In this document: positions 38,329 to 48,041 of the stretch, piece after piece
Numbering within the stretch: position 1 is the first letter of the stretch
How the letters are laid out: every line of letters begins with the position of its first letter
From: a virus
Taxonomy: Duplodnaviria > Heunggongvirae > Uroviricota > Caudoviricetes
Direction: 5' to 3' (one strand)
Virus record (IMG/VR): IMGVR_UViG_3300033463_000016
Coordinates: 1 to 61,994 of that record
DNA length: 61,994 nucleotides
Program-made: the position numbers and the translations under genes
The notes under the pieces: generated by a model
What the model was told of the DNA's origin: nothing
Databases searched by the model: none
The model's input: only the letters and a program-made list of their open reading frames with translations

Positions 38329-38761
38329 CCGTATCACCTTTTGCTGTATTTCCTGAATTGGCTATGTTTCCAAGCACCTTATCAGCATTAGCCAGAGGCG
38401 TCTTACAGTATCTTCTTACCTTTTCGATTCTCTTTAGCAGAGGCTTGGATTTGTCATTTAGCATATCCAGCACAATCTTACTAACTGTTAATGCTCCGAT
38501 TTGAAGCCCACGAAAATACTGTTGCTGCATTGCATCTCGGATAACCTTTTCAATATCCTGATCCGCTTTTTCATCCTCGTCGGTAGGTTTCGGCTCTGTA
38601 TTGAATTCAAGATTCTGTGCCAGTGGTTCTCCATATGTATCTGAACTAATAGCCAAATGATGATCGGCTACGAACCCTTTGTGATCTTCACCAACTTCGA
38701 TTTCTTCTACTTCTTTTGTTGGCGGGACAGTCATTTTGATCGTTGTCTTATTATCGTCCAT
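38309..38761 (-). CDS. Hypothetical protein
   Basis: AGGTG SD; 150 aa. Confidence 0.6.
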   Translation of the reverse strand: MDDNKTTIKMTVPPTKEVEEIEVGEDHKGFVADHHLAISSDTYGEPLAQNLEFNTEPKPTDEDEKADQDIEKVIRDAMQQQYFRGLQIGALTVSKIVLDMLNDKSKPLLKRIEKVRRYCKTPLANADKVLGNIANSGNTAKGDTVENTET

Positions 38762-38762
38762 T

Positions 38763-40085
38763 TTACTCACCTGCATTTTCTTCAATAATTAATTCTTCGG
38801 CTTCTTCCATATCCGGTGCGTCTGAGGTATCTTTGACTATACCTTCGAGGCATTTGAAATAGAAGTTTTTATGCTTATATGCCGTGAATGAAGCCCTATT
38901 GTCAATTCTGACGACTACGCCTTCTCTCACGTGAGTCTTGCCAATCGGATCGGCGCCATCATAATACTTCTCGACTCTCGCCATTAGATCGTCCCAAGTG
39001 GTGAAAATAAACTTTTCAAACAGAGGTACGGTCTTTGCGCCCATCTTTTCACACTCGATTTCGACCTGTTCCCAAGGTATTTCTACGGCATATCCATCTT
39101 CGTTGGTCATCGTCATACGGTAAACATAGCAATCATTATCTCCAACATTACAACCATAAGAGAATGTAGTTACATCTCCATATTGCTTGGTGAACTCCTT
39201 GTCTTTGATAAGTTTGTTGTTACACCTACCCATAATAGGAGTATCATCGTGAACGTAACCAACGATTTCATAGAAAATTTCTACCCCCTTCGGGAGCCTC
39301 GTCTTAAAGAAATCGTGATATTTCTCACGGAAAGCGTTAGTTCCATACCAACCGCCCTCATAATCTCTTAGGGTACATCTACGAGTACCACTGACAAACT
39401 TGTATGTTCTAACCTGCTTGTCCTTAGTGTGGAACAACTTTTTGATAAGCCTCGGCTTTTTCTTGGTGGTTACTTCGATAGCGTTCATCGTTCTGGCACT
39501 GGTTCCGTGCATTTTTAATGTGATGTAGCAGGTATCGCCGGGTTTGAACGCCTTTTCGTTATACGCAAGCTGCTGAGTGTCGATATGCTCCACAAAGAAC
39601 GGATAAGCAACTTTTAACTTGGCTTCTTTAAGGTTTTTCTTTTTGCTATTACCACTGTTCGGGTTATGTGTTCTGTTCTTTCTTGCAGGAATATACTTTC
39701 TGCAAATCTCAACGCCATTCAGAGTAGTAATCTGTTCCCCATCAGTTAGTTTCGCAACATCAATATATTTACTTAAAACTTCAATCGGGAGAACAAGTCC
39801 ATCTGACTTTTCGCCACGAAGTTTCAGCGCCGTAATGTTGCGTTTATCGGGATCGAGATAACCACCGATGTTATTGCCGTTCTCGTCTTTCTTCCGGATG
39901 AGGTTGTTTTCCTCGGCAAATTCTTTGCCTAATTGACCGTCCGTAGGAAAATAAACTACTCTTTGACCGTTTTGATATGATAGATCGACAATGACGTTGT
40001 TTCCGAAAACAGTTGCACATTGTAGCCTATCCGCATTGTCGTGCTTGCGTAAATCCTTTAATGTAGTTATGTACGCACAATACAA
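38763..40085 (-). CDS. ATP-dependent RNA ligase (Rnl2/DRB0094-like, with N-terminal OB-like domain)
   Basis: N-terminal 'HDNADRL...VYFP.DG...LRGEKS.GL'; motif I 'TLKMHGT'; 'FYEIVG', 'REGVVVR' and 'YKHKN..F'. Confidence 0.8.
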   Translation of the reverse strand: MYCAYITTLKDLRKHDNADRLQCATVFGNNVIVDLSYQNGQRVVYFPTDGQLGKEFAEENNLIRKKDENGNNIGGYLDPDKRNITALKLRGEKSDGLVLPIEVLSKYIDVAKLTDGEQITTLNGVEICRKYIPARKNRTHNPNSGNSKKKNLKEAKLKVAYPFFVEHIDTQQLAYNEKAFKPGDTCYITLKMHGTSARTMNAIEVTTKKKPRLIKKLFHTKDKQVRTYKFVSGTRRCTLRDYEGGWYGTNAFREKYHDFFKTRLPKGVEIFYEIVGYVHDDTPIMGRCNNKLIKDKEFTKQYGDVTTFSYGCNVGDNDCYVYRMTMTNEDGYAVEIPWEQVEIECEKMGAKTVPLFEKFIFTTWDDLMARVEKYYDGADPIGKTHVREGVVVRIDNRASFTAYKHKNFYFKCLEGIVKDTSDAPDMEEAEELIIEENAGE

Positions 40086-40286
40086 TTACTGCTCGACCTT
40101 CTTCCTCTTTTTCTTCTTAGGCTGTCCGTGCCTAATTACAAGGTTGCCCTTATCGTCGTACTCGATAGGTCTGAGTTTAGTTTGTCCACCACACATTGGG
40201 CATTTTCTTGTCTGATACTGTTCACCATTCGTAGTGAAAATATAAACTCTTTCCATCGGTTGACCGCAATCCTTACATTTGAACAT
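40086..40286 (-). CDS. Small zinc-ribbon protein with basic tail
   Basis: CKDC...CPMC. Confidence 0.6.
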   Translation of the reverse strand: MFKCKDCGQPMERVYIFTTNGEQYQTRKCPMCGGQTKLRPIEYDDKGNLVIRHGQPKKKKRKKVEQ

Positions 40287-40867
40287 TAATTTGTTTCCTC
40301 CATCTTGGGTGTAATTTCGTTGCCCCAACTATCGAATCCTGGATTCTCTTGTCTTGCATATAACTCCAATTTCTTCAAGTCGGGATATAATCTATTTATA
40401 ATCTCATATGAGATTTTCGGCTTTTGACTGTGTTTTTGAACTTGTTCGGTAAATACTGTATGTATCTTCCCTCGTTCTTCTGTGGCAACTGGTATCAGTT
40501 TGCCCTTATACATATATAATAGGTATTCGTGACCGTACCTGACGGTAAATGCTGCCGGAATCCCCGTTACCTTATTCCAAATCATCCTCGCGTGCAGTTT
40601 ATAACCAAGGCTTTCGGCTATTGACTGTGCTTCAAACAAGTATTTATCTATCGTCCAGAGAAACAATATTGAGTTCTCCCCCTGAACAAGACTTGTTGCT
40701 TGTTGTAAATGTTCTTTTATTTCTTCTAAAGAACATACAGGATAATCAAGCTCGGTTCCGCTGCTTATGGGTCTTACTTTCTTCTTGCCGCCTTTTGCTT
40801 GCTTCCAAGGTGGATCAGCAAGAATCAGATCATATTGCTTATCCGTATTGTAAATATCAACTATCAT
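40286..40867 (-). CDS. MT-A70-family adenine methyltransferase
   Basis: 'YDLILADPPW', 'LFLWT', 'HEYLL', 'HSQKP' and 'LELYAR...GFDSWGNE'. Confidence 0.9.
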   Translation of the reverse strand: MIVDIYNTDKQYDLILADPPWKQAKGGKKKVRPISSGTELDYPVCSLEEIKEHLQQATSLVQGENSILFLWTIDKYLFEAQSIAESLGYKLHARMIWNKVTGIPAAFTVRYGHEYLLYMYKGKLIPVATEERGKIHTVFTEQVQKHSQKPKISYEIINRLYPDLKKLELYARQENPGFDSWGNEITPKMEETN

Positions 40868-41418
40868 CTTGAATATTCCTCGACAACCGCTTGAACCATA
40901 GACCAATCATTTACTCGGATAAGACCATAATCTCCGGCTATAAAGTTTTGATTATGTGGCATATTTATCAGCATTTTGACCGTTTGGTTGCCGTTAATCA
41001 AATTATGAATACCATCATCGACAATGAAATCCGCGTGGATCAACTGTTTATTTGAAGTCACAATAATGTGCTTCCAATCAATGAACGGAAAATATTTTTG
41101 AATCACTTTCTCGTATTTTGGCTTGATATTGCGATAATCGGTAGAGGTACATACATATATCTCATATCCCCTATCGTGCAACTCTTTCAAAACCTTTTGA
41201 GCTTGTCCACGAGGTTTGACGTTATCCCATATTTCCTCTGTGGTTAAAGGCTCATAAATCTGCTCTTTGGTTAGTGTTGGGAACGGAGCTGCCATATCCC
41301 ATTGAGTAATATCGTGCCAATCTACGGAAAGGTTATATTTCTCGTTCAACCACCTGACCCAATGTGGTAATAGCCAAGTGATGGTATCATCCATATCAAC
41401 TAAGATAATGCCTTTCAT
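40864..41418 (-). CDS. 5'(3')-deoxyribonucleotidase (HAD, NT5C-like)
   Basis: 'LVDMDDT' and 'KQLIHADFIVDDG..N'. Confidence 0.85.
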   Translation of the reverse strand: MKGIILVDMDDTITWLLPHWVRWLNEKYNLSVDWHDITQWDMAAPFPTLTKEQIYEPLTTEEIWDNVKPRGQAQKVLKELHDRGYEIYVCTSTDYRNIKPKYEKVIQKYFPFIDWKHIIVTSNKQLIHADFIVDDGIHNLINGNQTVKMLINMPHNQNFIAGDYGLIRVNDWSMVQAVVEEYSR

Positions 41419-41426
41419 CATACCTC

Positions 41427-42047
41427 CTAATCCCACAGATAATAGAAATGCTTAGATAACAACTTGAAAAATTCATTTTTGCAATCTTCTCTGTATTTCT
41501 CGATCTCTATTTCGGCGGCTATATATTTTTGGTTTATTTCTTGATTTTCCGGCAGTTCAGACGCCATATGCCAAACTTTATACCCCTTTTCCTCATATTC
41601 TTTGAGTTCTTCTGGGGTTTGAAGTTTTTCACCAAACATACCATACTTTTCACGAAACTCTTTATGTACCCTACTCCATTCATCAAAGTAGGGATTCTTA
41701 CGTGAACAGGTTTCCTCGTTCATCTCGCCAAGAAGAAAGATCAACCGGTCAATATAAGCATCCCAAAGTTTTCCTTGCTTTTCCCAATCCTCGTTCGACT
41801 CTGGCTTGAAACCATCCTCTATTTCGCAAGGTGGAATACAATGATGATCTTCTCGGAATTTTATGAGCATTTCCTTGACTTTCTCGCAAAACCACCAATC
41901 AAAACTCCATAAAGCGCAGATGTCGTAGCCGTGTTTCATCAGGAAATGCAATTGCCGGAAGTATTCTGGAATTTGCGCGAGATTCTTATACCAGTATCGC
42001 GGGCGGTAACAGAAACATCTTTTGAATATTGTTTTGTTGTAAAGCAT
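41427..42047 (-). CDS. Hypothetical protein
   Basis: GGAGGTG SD; 206 aa. Confidence 0.65.
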   Translation of the reverse strand: MLYNKTIFKRCFCYRPRYWYKNLAQIPEYFRQLHFLMKHGYDICALWSFDWWFCEKVKEMLIKFREDHHCIPPCEIEDGFKPESNEDWEKQGKLWDAYIDRLIFLLGEMNEETCSRKNPYFDEWSRVHKEFREKYGMFGEKLQTPEELKEYEEKGYKVWHMASELPENQEINQKYIAAEIEIEKYREDCKNEFFKLLSKHFYYLWD

Positions 42048-42048
42048 A

Positions 42049-42228
42049 TTACTTTACACCTCCAATTAGTTCCTCAAATTTTCTGTTTAATATTTTCACA
42101 TATTCAGCGTGAACCATCATATTGATTTGATTAGCAAGGTATTTTCTCTCATTCCGTTCGATGTCATACGGCAACATATATCTTCTGCGATTCATATAAC
42201 AACAATCAATAGGACTAAATGTTATCAT
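42049..42228 (-). CDS. Small hypothetical protein
   Basis: GGAG SD; fills the gene run. Confidence 0.5.
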   Translation of the reverse strand: MITFSPIDCCYMNRRRYMLPYDIERNERKYLANQINMMVHAEYVKILNRKFEELIGGVK

Positions 42229-42778
42229 CGTTTTTCTTTCTCCATTCTCCAACTATGAGATCAACTGTATCATCACAAAACGTACACTTGCCATTATGTA
42301 GCGGCGCACCGCACTCTAAACAAGTCAGCAGTGGTCTATGATTTTTCGCAATCAAATCAGAAATTGCTTTGTTGTTTATTTCAAACGGAGTTTCAACACT
42401 ATCCTGTTCTTTCAGTTTGAGTTTATCTTTCAGCTTACGCTCGTATTCTTCTCTTTCTCTCGCTTCTTCTTGGAGTGCTTGTAATCGCCATTCCCACGCA
42501 CCTTTTGGATAAACGCTGACAACTATCAGACCGTTCGGACTTGCCATATCACATACAGGCATATCCCAATAGTCACCTTGCAAGATTTTGCTTAAACACC
42601 AAATCTCTAACTGCTCCGGCGTCCTCTTTATATGCAATTGCCTGAGTCCTACCAATTCACGCAATGTTGTATATTTGTCAACTTTGACTTCCTTTTGCTC
42701 GATACCATTTCCGAATTTGCCTATATCGCGGAAGTGCTGAACCAAGACCGGAATTTTGCAGCGTGAAAACAACCCCAT
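42215..42778 (-). CDS. Hypothetical protein with C-terminal zinc ribbon
   Basis: CLEC...CTFC. Confidence 0.6.
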   Translation of the reverse strand: MGLFSRCKIPVLVQHFRDIGKFGNGIEQKEVKVDKYTTLRELVGLRQLHIKRTPEQLEIWCLSKILQGDYWDMPVCDMASPNGLIVVSVYPKGAWEWRLQALQEEAREREEYERKLKDKLKLKEQDSVETPFEINNKAISDLIAKNHRPLLTCLECGAPLHNGKCTFCDDTVDLIVGEWRKKNDDNI

Positions 42779-42798
42779 AATAACCACTTCCTTTATTT

Positions 42799-42984
42799 TT
42801 ACTCTACTATTTCAATTCCCAAGTCGGCGCAAATCTGCTTGATTTCGTCCCACTTATCATCGGGAACCACGATACACTCAATGGGTGTATTTGAAGAAAT
42901 ATTGATATTAAATGTAGTAACGCAATCTTCTGTCGTTGACATTTCAATCAAATCTGGAAACTCCATTTTTATTGGATTACTCAT
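42799..42984 (-). CDS. Small acidic hypothetical protein
   Basis: TAATG coupling to the upstream gene. Confidence 0.5.
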   Translation of the reverse strand: MSNPIKMEFPDLIEMSTTEDCVTTFNINISSNTPIECIVVPDDKWDEIKQICADLGIEIVE

Positions 42985-43475
42985 TATCCATCACCATATT
43001 TGCTGAATAATTCTCCGAGAGTCATATGATTGATTCTTGCGAGATCAACAGCGATTGCACATACATTCGTTTCTGTACTGGCTCCGATTTCATCACAGAG
43101 ATAACTTCTAATACCCTTATATTTTGTCGAGAAGAAATCGCGTATTGCTTCTTCTTTTGTCATTTCGCCGTCTTTAGTCCAATACTTGATATGATATTCA
43201 AGACGATCTTCTTCATAGAAGCCAAGCATTATTTGATTGTTGACAAAGAATCTATGAGCAGGATAATAGGTGATATTGCAACCTTTGGCATAACGCCACC
43301 AACCCCATTCGTCTTTCCAATCCGCATTTGGAACGTCATTCAATATCTTGAAATCAGATTCAGACAGTTTCCATACGCAGCAGGAGTTACCGTGATATGT
43401 TTTTTCGCCGGAGATACCTAAATACTCAAATGCTTTAGGTAAATCAAATCCGCCGAGAATTTCAATCATTTTCAT
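42984..43475 (-). CDS. Hypothetical protein
   Basis: GGGAGG SD. Confidence 0.6.
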   Translation of the reverse strand: MKMIEILGGFDLPKAFEYLGISGEKTYHGNSCCVWKLSESDFKILNDVPNADWKDEWGWWRYAKGCNITYYPAHRFFVNNQIMLGFYEEDRLEYHIKYWTKDGEMTKEEAIRDFFSTKYKGIRSYLCDEIGASTETNVCAIAVDLARINHMTLGELFSKYGDG

Positions 43476-44181
43476 AGTCCTCCCAAGGGATTCTTACTTT
43501 GTAATCGCCTTGATAATATGTAGTTCCGCATCCGCTTGTCACACACCATTTATCAAGATAATCTTGTAATTCCTTGATTTTCTTATCAGATATGCTATCA
43601 TAAGCATCTTCGTATAAGTCCTCTGTGGCAGATAAAACAATGTCGCCAGCCCACAATTTTAGATCGACCGGCTCTGTAGTCCACACATATTCTGGTCTTA
43701 CCTTTGGTGCTTCTCCGTCATATTCTAATTCGTGCCAATAATCAAAGAAATCATCCCATTCATTGAAATAACCCTCATTATAGCCGTAACAATCAGAATA
43801 GAAATATTCGCTTTTCTTTAATATCTCAGGCGTGGCGTCGGGTGCAAGAGATAACTTTGTTGCCTCTCTTTTCTCACGCTCGATTTCATCAATTTCTCTT
43901 TGCTTTTCACAGTTGCATTTAGTTCTTTGCAGAGGGATTATTCCTCCGCAAAGATTACAACGCCTGATTACGCCGTTATAGCAAGTCGGACATAAAATAA
44001 GAGATTGCTTTTTATATGGGAACATAATGGTTTTATTCGGATCATTATCCAAACCATATATGTTATCTCGTACTACAACTCCGAGTCCTTTACAAGTTGG
44101 GCAAATTTCATCACCTTCACACAAGTCTTTGTGCAGAGTTATGTCAATTTCAATATGTTTAGGTTTTACAAATTCACACAT
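43462..44181 (-). CDS. Hypothetical protein with DnaJ-like CxxCxG zinc-binding repeats
   Basis: 'CPTCKGLG', 'CPTCYNG' and 'CNLCGG'. Confidence 0.6.
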   Translation of the reverse strand: MCEFVKPKHIEIDITLHKDLCEGDEICPTCKGLGVVVRDNIYGLDNDPNKTIMFPYKKQSLILCPTCYNGVIRRCNLCGGIIPLQRTKCNCEKQREIDEIEREKREATKLSLAPDATPEILKKSEYFYSDCYGYNEGYFNEWDDFFDYWHELEYDGEAPKVRPEYVWTTEPVDLKLWAGDIVLSATEDLYEDAYDSISDKKIKELQDYLDKWCVTSGCGTTYYQGDYKVRIPWEDYEND

Positions 44182-44183
44182 TA

Positions 44184-44519
44184 TCAATCACACGATCTAT
44201 TTTTAATTGCTTCAATATCTTCTTGAATATATCTTATTTTGGTTTCGGTATCTTCTAATTTACTATCTATTGAATCCAATAAATCAAAAATATGTTGTAA
44301 TAATTCATCATTACTTAAATTGTTAGACATTATTTTCGCCTCCAAATCTTTATCTATTATTTCTTTTGTCGTGAATAGTAGTAGATTTATTTCATTATCC
44401 GTTCCATTTTTAATACAGTTGAGATCATCAAGAATATTAGCAATAGAATAATTGATTTGAGATATATGAATATTAAATGATTGTATTATTTTGATAATAT
44501 TTAGGTATTTTGTTTTCAT
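44184..44519 (-). CDS. AT-rich hypothetical protein with an internal in-frame start at 44330
   Basis: GAGGTG SD at the first start; GGAGG SD at the internal start. Confidence 0.5.
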   Translation of the reverse strand: MKTKYLNIIKIIQSFNIHISQINYSIANILDDLNCIKNGTDNEINLLLFTTKEIIDKDLEAKIMSNNLSNDELLQHIFDLLDSIDSKLEDTETKIRYIQEDIEAIKNRSCD

Positions 44520-44535
44520 ATAACACCTCGATTCT

Positions 44536-45477
44536 TTACTCATATTTTACATTTATATATTCAAGTACATTCTTCATTCCAAGACCACCATCGTCCCAAT
44601 CGCGCATACAATAATCCCACAACTTCGGATGCGTTTCGTGCAACCTCTGAAATCAGTTCGGCTTTTTTTCAAGATGACATCCAAATCCACAGAAAACACA
44701 GCCAGTCCTATCGCAGCCGGTAGTATATAACTTTCCATTTTCATCTTCCTTGATCTCGCCGTAAACAGATGCGTAAGGAACACTATAATCACGAAGATAT
44801 TGCAGTACATCTTGTTCAGTCCAAAAACTCATAGGTTGAGAATGTGGATTTTGTGAATCGAAAGCATTACAGCCTGTTTTTAACCACGCCATTTTTCGGG
44901 TTTGACTCTCGTAAGCCATAGTTGCTATTATTGGTGTTCTTCCTGATTCCTTTTGAAATTTCTTCGCAGGATTTTTCTTCATCACATCACAGCATCTATG
45001 ACTTATAAGAAAATCGCTATCAACTAAGAACTTCCATTTCTCTTTATTGAAAAAACTCTTTTCTCCGTTTGCTTTCCTTAATAACCCATTAAACTCTTTA
45101 TATGCGCTACTTTCAGTAAGTCTGCCCTTACGTTCTGCATTACGGTATTCAGTAACACGTTTAGCCACCTCTTTGCTAATCACTGGATAGCCATAGGTTT
45201 CAATAACTTTTCTGAATGTCATCTCCGGTTTTACACGGATCACGTTTTCTTGGCTTAAAGCGAATTGTCTTACTTCTGGATATTCAAGCCCTGTGTCTAC
45301 GAACACCGCAGGAATATCTTTGGTTAAACAAAAATTTCGTGCTATATGTAATAGAACAGTGCTATCTTTTCCTCCACTAAATGAAATATAAGATGGATAT
45401 TCACTCACCCACTCTCTGATTCTCTGCTGCGTCAAACTAACCTTGATACTCAAAGGCATTGATTGAAGATAGCGCAA
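44536..45477 (-). pseudogene. PAPS-reductase-like protein with an in-frame TGA at 44653-55 and no clear start
   Basis: 'SFSGGKDST', 'DTGLEYPE', 'CCDVMKK' and 'RTGC.FC'. The frame resumes after TGA as FQRLHETHPKLWDYCM...GGLGMKNVLEYINVKYE*. Confidence 0.75.
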
Positions 45478-45658
45478 ATGCTCAATATTAAATGGGTTGT
45501 ATGAATTTGATTTTTTATTTATAGATTCATTGCGGTGATGTTCTATTATTGAACACTATAATCTTTACTTAACCGCGATCAAAGTAGATAAAAAGTAAAG
45601 AAAGGCGTGAAAATTAGGGATTTTATGGCAGAAAGTGATAATAAAAAATCAATTTGAT

Positions 45659-46108
45659 TTATGCTGCTTTCAGTTTTGATCGCAACCTATTAAGCTGGGA
45701 ACAAAACTCTCTTTGTGTAAGTACCGTTTCTTCAATCTTTCTTTTACCGATCGAATGAGTAAACGTGCAATCTCCGGCAGCGTTCAGTGCTTTTCTGAAG
45801 GAATCATTTTCAAATAAAGCATCATAAGCGCCGGTAAGTAAGTCTTGGTATTCTTGACTACCTCGCTGGATTGGATTACCTTTCCAATATAATGTCTGTG
45901 TCGCATACCAATTCTTTTTCCTGCCTTTATTCTTAGCCTTGATTCCAACCAATTTACAGACTTCTTCCTGCATATTTTGGTCTTTGAATTTCAGGCTTTG
46001 TAAAAATCCTTCCATACTTGCGCATTGCACGCCATCATACTCGAACGGATGCGGTGCGAAATTAGATAAGGCGCTCGATGGATAGGAATTCTTACTTCCT
46101 ACATCCAT
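45659..46108 (-). CDS. NADAR-family protein (T4 gp30.3-like)
   Basis: 'SYPSSALSNFAPHPF..DGV.CASMEGFLQSLKF'...'TLYW.G'...'F.HSIG......TVLT..EF'. Confidence 0.7.
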   Translation of the reverse strand: MDVGSKNSYPSSALSNFAPHPFEYDGVQCASMEGFLQSLKFKDQNMQEEVCKLVGIKAKNKGRKKNWYATQTLYWKGNPIQRGSQEYQDLLTGAYDALFENDSFRKALNAAGDCTFTHSIGKRKIEETVLTQREFCSQLNRLRSKLKAA

Positions 46109-46109
46109 T

Positions 46110-46589
46110 TCAGGTTTTTCCTTTCTCTTTTTCAATTAGCGATTCAGCGATATATTCCATAGTGAATACTTCGTGAACACTTATATAATATCTATTTACT
46201 TTATAATCGGCATAAGATACTTCACGAACTTGCTTATATATCTTGATTTCGCTATTATCATCTATCGTAAGCCAAAGATATTTGACTCTTTGATTGTATC
46301 GTTCATCATATACTCGATAATCTTGTCCGGGAGCAATCTTAAAATCATTGGTGATAGCATCTTCTCTGAATTCGATAAATGCACCGTAATCACCAATAAC
46401 AATTCGATCGTACCACTCGCAGATAGGAGAACCATTTATCGTGAATAATGGCACTCTTGCTCCGTTAATTTTTAAATATTTTGGTATATTTTCGATCCAA
46501 AATATATGATATTTTCTTGATAGGTTATCCGGTAAATTTTTATATTTGTATTTCTCGGCAAGTTTTGCTTCAATTTTCAGCGTATTCAT
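46110..46589 (-). CDS. Hypothetical protein
   Basis: 159-aa ORF in the gene run. Confidence 0.6.
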   Translation of the reverse strand: MNTLKIEAKLAEKYKYKNLPDNLSRKYHIFWIENIPKYLKINGARVPLFTINGSPICEWYDRIVIGDYGAFIEFREDAITNDFKIAPGQDYRVYDERYNQRVKYLWLTIDDNSEIKIYKQVREVSYADYKVNRYYISVHEVFTMEYIAESLIEKEKGKT

Positions 46590-46598
46590 TATCTTGGT

Positions 46599-46844
46599 TT
46601 ATATATCTTTTCTTTCAACAACGTTTTTGAGTGTATCTAACAATTCATCTACGGTATCTACACTAAATTGGAGATCACCAACGTTTGCCTGTGCAATCAT
46701 AGATTTTTTACTGCTCGTGAATAAACTCTCAGGCATATTGCTGAGATAATCATCTTCATCACAAAGAATATTATGTAAACTCTCGCGCACAGTGGTTAGC
46801 TGTGTTTGCACTTCTTTGATTTGTTTTCTTCTTTTATTATTCAT
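46599..46844 (-). CDS. Hypothetical protein
   Basis: GGGAG SD; 'MNNKRRKQI' start is common in phage ORFs. Confidence 0.6.
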   Translation of the reverse strand: MNNKRRKQIKEVQTQLTTVRESLHNILCDEDDYLSNMPESLFTSSKKSMIAQANVGDLQFSVDTVDELLDTLKNVVERKDI

Positions 46845-47152
46845 TGATAAACTCCCTTTACGATAATCTGACGATCTTTAATATATTTCATAATATTATC
46901 AAGTGCATAACATTCGCCATCAATCATACCGACGCAATGCCACTCACCATCCGAATTTCTTTCACGGCATTGTTTACTTACCTTATCGTGATATTCTGAA
47001 ATATATTGAACCAATAATGTAAGTTCATCGTCATCAATAACCGGAGTCGGCAACTTGTCCGGCGTAAACGTTGGATCAATGTTCAACACCATATTCCGTG
47101 CTTCCGGCGACATATTATCCCACGTCTTTTGTTTATTTTCGAGTTCCGTCAT
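46841..47152 (-). CDS. Hypothetical protein
   Basis: ATGA couplings at both ends. Confidence 0.6.
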   Translation of the reverse strand: MTELENKQKTWDNMSPEARNMVLNIDPTFTPDKLPTPVIDDDELTLLVQYISEYHDKVSKQCRERNSDGEWHCVGMIDGECYALDNIMKYIKDRQIIVKGVYQ

Positions 47153-47397
47153 TGCCACTGTCCTTCTTTCTTGTTCGGATAATCCCTTACTCGTTTATAC
47201 CATTGCGATCTGGCGGACGACATTGCTCTTTCGATTGTGGCTTTTGCAGAACTTGCTCGGAACTGCTTGTGTTTTTTGCACCAGATCGTCACTGATCCGC
47301 CCATACCACAAGAGCCTTTGACATTAATCTTTGGAGTTTTGCCACAAATCGGACACGGCGGCAGCGGATATTTTTCTTGTTTCTTTTTGAATATCAT
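47149..47397 (-). CDS. Lar-like zinc-ribbon protein
   Basis: 'LPPCPICGKTP...IWC'. Confidence 0.5.
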   Translation of the reverse strand: MIFKKKQEKYPLPPCPICGKTPKINVKGSCGMGGSVTIWCKKHKQFRASSAKATIERAMSSARSQWYKRVRDYPNKKEGQWQ

Positions 47398-47415
47398 TTT
47401 ATTTTCCTATTATTG

Positions 47416-48033
47416 TCATTCCAACATATCTGGATTATCAAAGATATTGCCTATTACAACAATGTCGTGTAAAAAGCTGGATGCACTACGATGCTTATGT
47501 TCGATATACCACTTCAAATTTTCTTCCGATATATAATGTCCCCATCCATAATGAGATAGGTTTTCCCAATGGTGTAAGCAACGCTTTATCTTCTCGCCAT
47601 TACGAGGCTCACATAACTTGTCGTTGTAATTATTTTCAAAATATAATTGCCAATATCCACCACGAAAAACAATTACTCCACGAACCTTTATGTTGGTATC
47701 ATTTTTAGTAATTACTCTTTCATTCCAGTAATAAGGTCGCCTTTCAGCCCAAACCTCAACAATATCGTGCTCAAATATTGGTTTATTCTTGCTGCGATCC
47801 TCAAAAACAAATTCGTTATATCCCGTATATTGTCCTACGGTTCTTGACATAACACGGAAGTTACTTTCTTCTAAGCCTGTTTGACGAATATTGATGGTCG
47901 CGTAGTCATATTCAGGTACATAACGCGATAGATTACCTTCAACCCATTCGTTATGCCTATCTGCACGTTTTCCTCGAAAGAATATATCACGTGTATGTAA
48001 ACCTAAATTGATGATTAGAGATTCGTTTTCCAT
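47416..48033 (-). CDS. YopX-family protein
   Basis: 'RDIFFRGKR..WVEG', 'VGQYTG', 'IFEHDIV' and 'VIGNIFDNPDMLE'. Confidence 0.85.
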   Translation of the reverse strand: MENESLIINLGLHTRDIFFRGKRADRHNEWVEGNLSRYVPEYDYATINIRQTGLEESNFRVMSRTVGQYTGYNEFVFEDRSKNKPIFEHDIVEVWAERRPYYWNERVITKNDTNIKVRGVIVFRGGYWQLYFENNYNDKLCEPRNGEKIKRCLHHWENLSHYGWGHYISEENLKWYIEHKHRSASSFLHDIVVIGNIFDNPDMLE

Positions 48034-48041
48034 ATCTGTAG

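Noticed and set aside
44653-44655. Genome-wide TGA reassignment or selenocysteine suggested by the internal TGA
   Set aside because: Many intact genes end in TGA (e.g., 2146, 4797, and 8045, which is followed by a terminator). The position looks like Arg rather than Cys, and only one such readthrough case was seen.
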